This document shows positions 19,099 through 26,999 of a stretch of DNA of 64,000 nucleotides, piece by piece (the first letter of the stretch is position 1; every line of letters begins with the position of its first letter). The notes beneath the pieces are model-generated. The model was not told the origin of the DNA. It saw only the letters and a list, made by a program, of their open reading frames with translations, and searched no databases. A program made the position numbers and the translations under genes. The DNA comes from a virus: the IMG/VR virus record IMGVR_UViG_3300035105_000276, positions 63,134 to 127,133 of that record, one strand, 5' to 3'.

Positions 19099-19581
19099 CT
19101 AATGGCCTAAAACATCCACAATCCTTTGCCGGGCAATCTTGGAGTACCGAATGCACTTCCAAGGATTCCTCCCGGTATCCTCCTTGATCTTATTTAAGAT
19201 ATGGAGTCTTTTCTTATGAATGTGAAGTAGCCTTTTTTCCTTTATGGTATAGACACCCTTTATCTGCCGAATTGTCAGCTCGCTGTCACTTCTGATAATA
19301 GCTACATTCTTCGGATTTTTCAAAATGCCGGACCCCAGTATCCAACCCAGCAATTTATTCACAGACATCGACTCCGCTGTGTTACAGGTTTGGCGGAACT
19401 TGGCTACTAAAGGGAAACGGGTATCCTCTTTCACCAGCTCCTTGTCGTTTTTAAATACTTTGAAACTGCCGTAAGCGGCGGCGTCTACAGCACCATTCCT
19501 GTAGCAGCCACCGTCTACGTAACATATGTACTCAGTTATGGAAGTATCTGTTGCACTATACTCCATACCTACCCCTCCCAT
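19099..19581 (-). CDS. Ribonuclease HI-like protein
   Basis: YVDGG, TCNTAE, SDSEL..RQI.G.Y motifs. Confidence 0.8.
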   Translation of the reverse strand: MGGVGMEYSATDTSITEYICYVDGGCYRNGAVDAAAYGSFKVFKNDKELVKEDTRFPLVAKFRQTCNTAESMSVNKLLGWILGSGILKNPKNVAIIRSDSELTIRQIKGVYTIKEKRLLHIHKKRLHILNKIKEDTGRNPWKCIRYSKIARQRIVDVLGH

Positions 19582-21278
19582 TTTTGAAAATCGGAAGGAT
19601 CATCAATAATGCTGGTGATACGCCGCCCAAAATCCTCCTGAGAGGTTGCATGGATAGGGTTACCCTCGTCACTCAGAAAAACCCAGCCTTCGTCTTCGTA
19701 ATAATAAACTTCAGCTCTAACTCCACCGTGCAACAGTACTCTGGTCCGTACAGGTACAAGCATCCCATTCCATACATTTACGGGTGCATCAGGCTCAAGC
19801 TCAGAAGTTTGTTCATTTTCGGACTCGTCTTCTGCTTCTGGTATGGCATGTTTTACATCCAGAATGTGAAACCCTTCAGCCAGCCAATACACCAGCCTAC
19901 GTACCCCATCTGACATGATAGAGTCTTCAGGTCTGCGTACCATTACCTCGTACCCCAAGGCTTCACCCCCCACGACAAGATGTAGCACACCCCCCGGAGA
20001 GGGTATAACTGTTAAAGCATTATGCTTGCCATTGTCATTAATGGTGTAAACCGTAGTTCCCGGGGATACCAGAACAAGCTGTCTAACACCGTTTATCTCT
20101 GCACGTAAAAACACAGAATTTTCCTGGCAGCCCTTTACCATCAAATCAATAGTTTCTCTAGATAGTACTTTGTATTTTGGAAACTGCTTTGCATATTCCA
20201 ACAGCTGAAATTTTACCTCATTCAGGTGTTTTATATCTTCCTTCCTCTCTTCTTCCAGGCTGGCCACTGTACGCATCAGATGAGCCTTTTCCTGTTTCAG
20301 CTTTTCCTTGAACGGATCAGCCATTGTGCTCACAAAGTTTCTGGCATCAAATCCCGCCTTCCACTTCATCTGGCATAAATCCTTCCCGGGCACAGTGGTA
20401 TCCAGGAACAGACTCATAGCGGCTTTGTTGTTTTCATCGTTCAACGGCTGGTGCCGTACCCAGAAATCAACCAGAGAACTCACATATGCAGCCACATTTT
20501 CCCCAGTGTACCCAAGAGCTCTGGCGGTACAAGGTTCCTGAACAGCTTCTTCCTGCTCAAATAAAGCTTCATCTATGTATTCTCTGACAACTGCAGGGTA
20601 GTCAGTATACATACTCACTAAATACAGTACTGGCAAAGCAAATACATGCCACAGACCCAGGCTCATTCTGCAATCAATGTACAGAGCAGGGGTATTGTCT
20701 ATAGTCGGGCAGTAATCCCCGTTTTCGTCCCACTCAATTTTACGCAGCAAATCTGAACCCAGGTCGTTTCTGAACTCCATGTTATCCACACAACCCACCA
20801 GCACATCAATTTTTACCCCTTCTCCAAGCAGTTCGTATAAATGGAAAAGATTCGTAACCCGGTCTTTAATAGTTGTGATGCGCACAAAATACCGGTCCAT
20901 CATATCCTGCTGTAAGGCTTCAACTTTAGACATGCCCAGGTTTGTCACTTTGTGAAACTGGGTGCCAATGTTCTGAATCTCCACATCGTCATCATCAATT
21001 ACCGTGATATTCCTGGCCCCCATGGCCACCAGATTTTTCACAACCGGGGATCCTATCCCACCGGCCCCCACCACTACAAAATGCATGGTCTGCAATCTGC
21101 GCAAGGGTATGGCATCAGAGAACCGGGTTGTAATCTGCTCCTGCACATTAACTCCAACGGTTTCCCGGCTCTCCGTTGCTTTTTGAACCACCCAGTCAGC
21201 GTACAGCTCCCTTTTTTCTTCAAAAGACTGCGGAGCTGCCTGTGAATTGGCTTGGTCTCCTACTATAGCTTCAAACAT
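19569..21278 (-). CDS. E1-like ThiF/UBA ubiquitin-activating enzyme with C-terminal extension
   Basis: VVGAGGIGS, DDDDVEIQN, KVEA, CVDNMEFR, IDCRM, candidate catalytic Cys in EPCTAR. Confidence 0.88.
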   Translation of the reverse strand: MFEAIVGDQANSQAAPQSFEEKRELYADWVVQKATESRETVGVNVQEQITTRFSDAIPLRRLQTMHFVVVGAGGIGSPVVKNLVAMGARNITVIDDDDVEIQNIGTQFHKVTNLGMSKVEALQQDMMDRYFVRITTIKDRVTNLFHLYELLGEGVKIDVLVGCVDNMEFRNDLGSDLLRKIEWDENGDYCPTIDNTPALYIDCRMSLGLWHVFALPVLYLVSMYTDYPAVVREYIDEALFEQEEAVQEPCTARALGYTGENVAAYVSSLVDFWVRHQPLNDENNKAAMSLFLDTTVPGKDLCQMKWKAGFDARNFVSTMADPFKEKLKQEKAHLMRTVASLEEERKEDIKHLNEVKFQLLEYAKQFPKYKVLSRETIDLMVKGCQENSVFLRAEINGVRQLVLVSPGTTVYTINDNGKHNALTVIPSPGGVLHLVVGGEALGYEVMVRRPEDSIMSDGVRRLVYWLAEGFHILDVKHAIPEAEDESENEQTSELEPDAPVNVWNGMLVPVRTRVLLHGGVRAEVYYYEDEGWVFLSDEGNPIHATSQEDFGRRITSIIDDPSDFQKWEG

Positions 21279-21319
21279 ATTTGGTACCTCTTGATTAAGG
21301 TTTAAGGTGTCTCTCTAAC

Positions 21320-23017
21320 TTACTTTGGAAAATTGTGCCCAATTACAACTTTTTCTTTCCCTGATACTTTACCATTTTTCCCATCTGCTTTTTCTTCCTT
21401 AGTAAACAGGTACTCTGTCCATTCTTCCTGGGGCACCAGGTCAACCACTTCGGCGGACAGCCACTCCCATAAGCTCATGCACCCCTCAGGTATTAAGTTA
21501 TCCGGCCATTGCCCTGTACTGTTTGCTTCTGCTTCAATGGTTTCCCAGAAAATGGTGTCCACCAATAAACTTGTCTCATTAATCAGAACTCTCACGTTAT
21601 CCAGCACAATGGGTAGCACTGTACTCAAGGGGGGCGCGTCTTCCCCATACCCATTATCCAGGCACCCCATATAAAATGCATATGAAATAGATGAGATGAA
21701 ATCCCCCTGAGTTATTGAGTTAAAAAACCCAATACCCCTCAAATCATGAAGCAAGCTTTTAATCTCCTCATCCTCGGGATTGGCTCTCAGGTATTCGGTA
21801 AGTTCATCCAGCCGCCATGCCAGGTAATCGTCATCGGCTTCCATTTTACTTTCATAGTTAGACAGCTCGGCTTCCAGAAGATCTGTTACAAAAGTAACTG
21901 CCGCTTCCTGAATATCCTGCTCTCTCTCAACACTTCTATCAGCCGGTTTGTTTTCAATGGCCGCCTGCCGTCCCTGGGGGGTTGACAAATCAGAGCTACG
22001 CCAGTCTTCTCCCCAGCATGGGCCCCACATATCGTCACGGTCATAATCAAGGTAGTCCGGGACATCCCTTAAATTGTTACCGGCCCTGGGGTCACCCTGG
22101 TTATTAAGGTAGTGAGACCACCCCCTGTTAGCCGCCCTGTGCTGCCCCCAGTTAAGGGGGTTGTTATGAAAAAATACAGATACTGGCTTTTTAATCAATT
22201 TGTCAATCTGCTCATCCAGGGTTTTCTTCTCTGCCCGGGTGAGCTCAGTTTCTTTGTTCACGCCATCTCCAGTGTAAATACCTACCGGAATATCATCAAT
22301 CCTGAAAAACACCGGGTAATACATAACCAGGCTGGCGAACACCTGTTTGGCTTTGTTAAATACCAGGAAAATACGGTAGTCATTCTGGTATCCCAGCTCT
22401 GTTTTCTTTTCCTGCTGGTTTTTGTCTGTGGAAGACCAAAACACGCCCAGGTTTCCATGACTGTGCCCATGGTGCAGGTTGGCAGCAACCCCATCCGGGA
22501 ATTTTTCAGGCCAGTTCTCTTTCAGGTAATTTGAGTACCTGGCCACATCCTCTAAGTCCAGATCCACATGAGCCTGAGTGGCATCCTGGGCTGCAATAAA
22601 CATGTCGTACATCAGAAAATGCCGGCTCTTTCCCTGCAGGGGCTGTCCCAGAAGCATGAAAGCACATTCCCCGGTTTTATCCGCGGCTTTGTCCACCACA
22701 TACTGAACTTTTTTCAGTACCTTGGGAGTCAGAAATACGGCAGGTGTTTTCGGATCCTTTAAAGGGTCTTCCACCTTGGTACCATTTTTAGAAGTTTCAC
22801 CTGAGTTGCAACCCAGCAGTAGGTAATCACTACCAGTGAAAGCAGCATCTCCCTCCCAATTGGGGAAATCCGGAGTGAACGGGTAAAACGGAACCTCAGC
22901 CTGAGTTGTAGTCTGGGATGTGGTAATACCCATGTCTACAGTGTTTACCGGCTGCGCATTAATCTGCTGTGCCGTATTAAAATGATTTGAAACAATCTGA
23001 CGAATACGAGAAGTCAT
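21320..23017 (-). CDS. JAB/MPN metallopeptidase (deubiquitinase-like) with long acidic tail
   Basis: JAMM motif E...HSHxxxxxFWSxxD (HGHSHGNLGVFWSSTD). Confidence 0.85.
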   Translation of the reverse strand: MTSRIRQIVSNHFNTAQQINAQPVNTVDMGITTSQTTTQAEVPFYPFTPDFPNWEGDAAFTGSDYLLLGCNSGETSKNGTKVEDPLKDPKTPAVFLTPKVLKKVQYVVDKAADKTGECAFMLLGQPLQGKSRHFLMYDMFIAAQDATQAHVDLDLEDVARYSNYLKENWPEKFPDGVAANLHHGHSHGNLGVFWSSTDKNQQEKKTELGYQNDYRIFLVFNKAKQVFASLVMYYPVFFRIDDIPVGIYTGDGVNKETELTRAEKKTLDEQIDKLIKKPVSVFFHNNPLNWGQHRAANRGWSHYLNNQGDPRAGNNLRDVPDYLDYDRDDMWGPCWGEDWRSSDLSTPQGRQAAIENKPADRSVEREQDIQEAAVTFVTDLLEAELSNYESKMEADDDYLAWRLDELTEYLRANPEDEEIKSLLHDLRGIGFFNSITQGDFISSISYAFYMGCLDNGYGEDAPPLSTVLPIVLDNVRVLINETSLLVDTIFWETIEAEANSTGQWPDNLIPEGCMSLWEWLSAEVVDLVPQEEWTEYLFTKEEKADGKNGKVSGKEKVVIGHNFPK

Positions 23018-23028
23018 GGGTACGTCTC

Positions 23029-24561
23029 CTATAAAAGTTTGGCAAGCAGTTTGCCTACTATTTTGTTTGAAGTTTTCGAAGATGCCGGCAGCACAAAATC
23101 CAGGTTCTTAATGCATTCGGTGTACTCAGGCATCACGGTAGTTGGGTGCAAATCTTTATCAGTGATATGGGGCTGTCTAGCCTTCCACAGATACTGATCT
23201 AAATAATACTTATTGAGCAGCAACCCCGATTCAGATTTTTCTATAGCCGGGGCCACCATGTCACGCAGCAAAAGGCCCATGGCATGGTCTCTCCCAATAA
23301 TACGCAGGTCATCATTGATACAGCACTGAAATAATAAGGTTGCATACAACGTTTTGAATGTAGTAAGCACCTGGAACCATGCTGCCAGATAGGGTATTAC
23401 AAGGGCTTTCCAGTGTCTTGCATGTGTACCTACTTGCGCCTTATTGATAAAGAAAGAATCCAGTGCAATCTCATTCCAAATGTCGTCTGTGGTACTGCAG
23501 CCGTTAGCCCGTATAACACCATGCTGCATTTTTACAGCGACTGCCGTCAGCCCGGACAATATCGGAAATGCTAAGCCGTCATGTCGAGGTATGTGCTTTG
23601 TGGTCAAAAGCTCCAGCTTTGCCCACTCATCATTAATTTCAGGTGACCACAATTCACCTATAGTATCCGGCATTTTCTCAGTCATAGGTGCTTTCAGGAA
23701 ATTGTACGTTACCTGGGTCAGGTTGATTAGTGAGGTAATGTACTGACTTTCAGTAATCCCTGACTCAGCCATCAAGTTGGACAGTATATCTATCATGCTG
23801 GCACTTGAACGAGTGGGCACGCATCTCCACGGGGTGAATCCACCGTATGCGTCGTTTACGTTATAGGTTCTCATCCAGTCCAGCGCCAGGCGTATTCCGC
23901 GTTTAAAATCACCTATTACTTTTACCTTGTTTCCGGTCAGGTACTCTCTGAAAGGGTTATCCATTCCGGTACAAATATTATTAAACATTCGGCCAGGGGT
24001 CTCAGAAGAGGCATGCGGATGGGTGGTTGCTGTCAAAAACTCCCGTAGATCGTCTTTACGGTAGTTCAGCGTGTTGCTCAGCACCAGTTCAGGGGGTGAA
24101 GCAACCGCAGGATCTCCTTCATCTTTTACAATGCACACATTCGGAGTTGTGTTTTTGAAGGCGTAATACCCTTCCCGGGAGAACGTCATCTCATATCTCA
24201 GGCAAGGTTCCGTAATATAAAAAGGATGAGTCCCGTTATACACCCAGATCATGGGAGCATTCGTGGTTTCTAAAACAGACTGTTCACTCGAATTCAAAGC
24301 GGGTACTGTCAGCCTTGAAAACTCCGGATATTTTGGCTTTACCACTGTGTCCAGCCAGTCAACTCCCAGGGTTATGTCTTTTTCAGACCAGTTGGAAATC
24401 TCCTGGTATTTTTTTATCAGAGAGTTCAGCTGCTTTTGCATTCTTTGGATGTTACGCTCCAAAGCCGATGCTTCTCCCTGGGAACTGCTGATCTTCAAAT
24501 ATTGGTTAAGAACTCGCTCCTGTAGTGAAGCAGGGTCATAGTTCAGGTGAGTTATTGTCAT
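23029..24561 (-). CDS. Putative E2-like (UBC-fold) conjugating protein
   Basis: HPH...ICTG (THPHASSETPGRMFNNICTG) resembles the E2 HPN..C motif; operon context. Confidence 0.55.
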   Translation of the reverse strand: MTITHLNYDPASLQERVLNQYLKISSSQGEASALERNIQRMQKQLNSLIKKYQEISNWSEKDITLGVDWLDTVVKPKYPEFSRLTVPALNSSEQSVLETTNAPMIWVYNGTHPFYITEPCLRYEMTFSREGYYAFKNTTPNVCIVKDEGDPAVASPPELVLSNTLNYRKDDLREFLTATTHPHASSETPGRMFNNICTGMDNPFREYLTGNKVKVIGDFKRGIRLALDWMRTYNVNDAYGGFTPWRCVPTRSSASMIDILSNLMAESGITESQYITSLINLTQVTYNFLKAPMTEKMPDTIGELWSPEINDEWAKLELLTTKHIPRHDGLAFPILSGLTAVAVKMQHGVIRANGCSTTDDIWNEIALDSFFINKAQVGTHARHWKALVIPYLAAWFQVLTTFKTLYATLLFQCCINDDLRIIGRDHAMGLLLRDMVAPAIEKSESGLLLNKYYLDQYLWKARQPHITDKDLHPTTVMPEYTECIKNLDFVLPASSKTSNKIVGKLLAKLL

Positions 24562-26360
24562 TCGTCCTCCTTATATAAGTTGGGAAACATGTAGGTATTT
24601 TTCAGGATTGAGCCCAAGTAGGTTGATGAAACATTGATACTGGCGGATATCACGTAAAACATGTTTGAAGGGTGGTTAACATTTTGCCCAGCTGCCGGCT
24701 CAGTATCCAGGATAGAGTATATAGACTCCATCCTGGATGCTGCGAATGTCAGTACATGTGGATAAGTATCTATCACCCAGTGAGAAGGTGCAGACCCTTT
24801 GGAGCCAATTGTGTGTGTCAAGCACTGAGATAGCAAACCCTGCCCAATCTCTGTGGACAACGATAAAACAGCGTCAATCTCCACAGGGTACTGAATCAGG
24901 TAATCGTTTTTCTTTACCCCGTAAGAGTCCAGTATAAAATTTGTGGTGTTTTTATCTGCTGGAAAGCAAATATCCAGAGTCAGGGGGGACGCATGCTTGA
25001 TAAAGAACGGCAGGGCAGGTTTTGCCGGATGCATCAATGTAATTACCCCCAGTATCTCCGGGAAATTCCGTAAAACATTATCATTCTTCAGCCGTGCGTA
25101 CTTAGTTAAAGCATCATACCCCCATAACCGGGTACCCTGACCTTGAAAGCTTATACCAGGGCTTGCAAATTCTGAGACACAATCCTCGAAAATAAAGGGT
25201 TTGAACTCTCCTAACATTTCCGGAGTTTCTTTTTGCAAATATGATACCGATGTTTTCTTTTCTTTCAAGCACTCCCGGATGTGAGATTCAATGAAAATTG
25301 GGAGATGGTTGCTGGTATCGGTTAAAATATGAACTTTATTAAAAAGAACTTCGGACATCCTTGTTTTGGGTGGGAAACTTGAACGGTTGAAAACATCGGT
25401 GTAATGGTTTCGTACCGCTGGTGCAAAAGAATATACCAGATTGAGCATCCGGTGCACTGCGGATACGGCGAAAGCATACATGGTGGCAAAAGATTCCCGG
25501 GCTGACAGTTCTGGGTCAGGTACGGATAATATCCTTGCCATAATGTCTATACAGAAAAATGCATTGACATCAGCACCCAGCTTATCTTCATCAGACGGGA
25601 ACAGCTGATCTGCAATAGAGCAGAATGTTTCCAGATTGTATATTCTTGACAACAGAACGTACTTATAGAATTCCCGGATATGGAATATAAAGTACCCTGG
25701 GTCTTTAGACTCAAATATGCTGGCCTGGTAGTTTTTACAGGACAAAGAGGTGTCTACCCATTGAAAGAAGATCCCCATGTGGCCGAGGGTGTAGTTGTTT
25801 TTTTGGTGCAGTGTTGTAAAAAGTACAAGCTGCCGGATATGCAAGTTTAAATCGTTCCTGGAATGCAGGGCTGTATCAGCCAGGGACTCAGCAAATTGAG
25901 TACCTGAAATTAAATCAGAAGTTTCCTTGTCCTTCATAGCCCGGTACTTTAAAACTTTTCGATGGGCTTCCATCCTCAATATGGTTTGAATGTAGTTGAG
26001 AATACATTCATAAACGGGTGTTTTTTCCAATTTATCAAACTCTGAAGAGAAGTTCGTATAGGCCAATTCAGACTCAGAGCATGCAAGGCGGGTTGTACCT
26101 ATACCATAGGTAATGGTGGGGAGCAGGGTGTCGAAGGTCTCCTGGACGAATTCTTTGGGAGGCAGAGCAGGCTTCAATCTTGAGGATAGGAGCTGCAGTA
26201 TGGATAACCCGATAGTTTCACGGGTAGCCTTTAGCATATCCCACTCCGAGTGTAATAACAGATGAGTCAGGCTGCTCCCGGGTGAATACTTGGGGTCGTG
26301 CTGCAGCCCATACTCCAATGCCGATTCCTGGTCGGTGGATGGGGCAAAATCTAAGAGCAT
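24558..26360 (-). CDS. Hypothetical 600-aa protein of the Ubl operon
   Basis: AGGAG RBS, ATGA-coupled to the E2-like gene. Confidence 0.75.
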   Translation of the reverse strand: MLLDFAPSTDQESALEYGLQHDPKYSPGSSLTHLLLHSEWDMLKATRETIGLSILQLLSSRLKPALPPKEFVQETFDTLLPTITYGIGTTRLACSESELAYTNFSSEFDKLEKTPVYECILNYIQTILRMEAHRKVLKYRAMKDKETSDLISGTQFAESLADTALHSRNDLNLHIRQLVLFTTLHQKNNYTLGHMGIFFQWVDTSLSCKNYQASIFESKDPGYFIFHIREFYKYVLLSRIYNLETFCSIADQLFPSDEDKLGADVNAFFCIDIMARILSVPDPELSARESFATMYAFAVSAVHRMLNLVYSFAPAVRNHYTDVFNRSSFPPKTRMSEVLFNKVHILTDTSNHLPIFIESHIRECLKEKKTSVSYLQKETPEMLGEFKPFIFEDCVSEFASPGISFQGQGTRLWGYDALTKYARLKNDNVLRNFPEILGVITLMHPAKPALPFFIKHASPLTLDICFPADKNTTNFILDSYGVKKNDYLIQYPVEIDAVLSLSTEIGQGLLSQCLTHTIGSKGSAPSHWVIDTYPHVLTFAASRMESIYSILDTEPAAGQNVNHPSNMFYVISASINVSSTYLGSILKNTYMFPNLYKEDE

Positions 26361-26387
26361 TTGAGGTAAATCTCCTTTGTAGGGGTT

Positions 26388-26428
26388 AAAAAAAATCCCG
26401 GGAACACCTGATAGGCATTCCCGGGATT
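26388..26428 (-). terminator. Rho-independent terminator after the Ubl gene
   Basis: ATCCCGGGAATGCC-TATCA-GGTGTTCCCGGGAT followed by a T tract. Confidence 0.85.
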
Positions 26429-26585
26429 ACTAGAGCCTTAAATTCCGGGAAAATAGCTCCACAGTATAGGAGCAAAGCATCCGGAAAGCGGGCCAGGGCG
26501 GAGTGAGGCACTTATCATTTTTCTGCATTACTCCACCCGGCGAGGGCTCAGAGGCGTCAGGTAAAAGTTCTGGCACCGGCAGGCG

Positions 26586-26816
26586 TTAAACGCAGCCGGA
26601 CGCAGTCTTTTTCTGGGCCAGGGTGATTGTGTCGCCGTCTTCGACGGCGGCATTCAGGTTGGCGGCCTCGCCATTAACCTCGACGGTCACGTTGCTCAAG
26701 CTGGTAATGCCTTCAACCTCTTCGAGGTATTCACCCACGGACAGGCCGTCCTGGATGTAACGGGTTTCGGGGGTTGAGGACGGGGATGCTGCGAATCTGA
26801 CTTTCGAAAGTGCCAT
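26586..26816 (-). CDS. Ubiquitin-like beta-grasp protein (76 aa, ends ...ASG-CV)
   Basis: AAGGAGG RBS; SVGEYL..., VEVNGE, VEDGDTITL pattern of ThiS/MoaD/Ubl folds. Confidence 0.85.
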   Translation of the reverse strand: MALSKVRFAASPSSTPETRYIQDGLSVGEYLEEVEGITSLSNVTVEVNGEAANLNAAVEDGDTITLAQKKTASGCV

Positions 26817-26929
26817 TATGGCCTCCTTAAATAAATGGTCGCCGGCGTTCATGTGGCCGGCATGGTTAAAAGGTTGGTCGGGGACGTCCCGGGACCAATG
26901 ATCAATCAATAAAAACCCTTAATCGATCT

Positions 26930-26959
26930 CTTCTAACAAGAAATGTGCGGTTTTTTGAA
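26930..26959 (-). promoter_or_regulatory. Putative early promoter of the Ubl operon
   Basis: TTCAAAAAACCGCACATTTCTTGTTAGAAG. Confidence 0.5.
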
Positions 26960-26999
26960 TTTGTGAAGAGTGGGTTTCAACGAAAAGTGGCTAGTTTGT

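Noticed and set aside
19569-26816. Thiamine/molybdopterin sulfur-transfer operon
   Set aside because: No ThiG, MoaE or cysteine desulfurase in the window; E2-like and JAB genes favour conjugation, though this is not fully excluded
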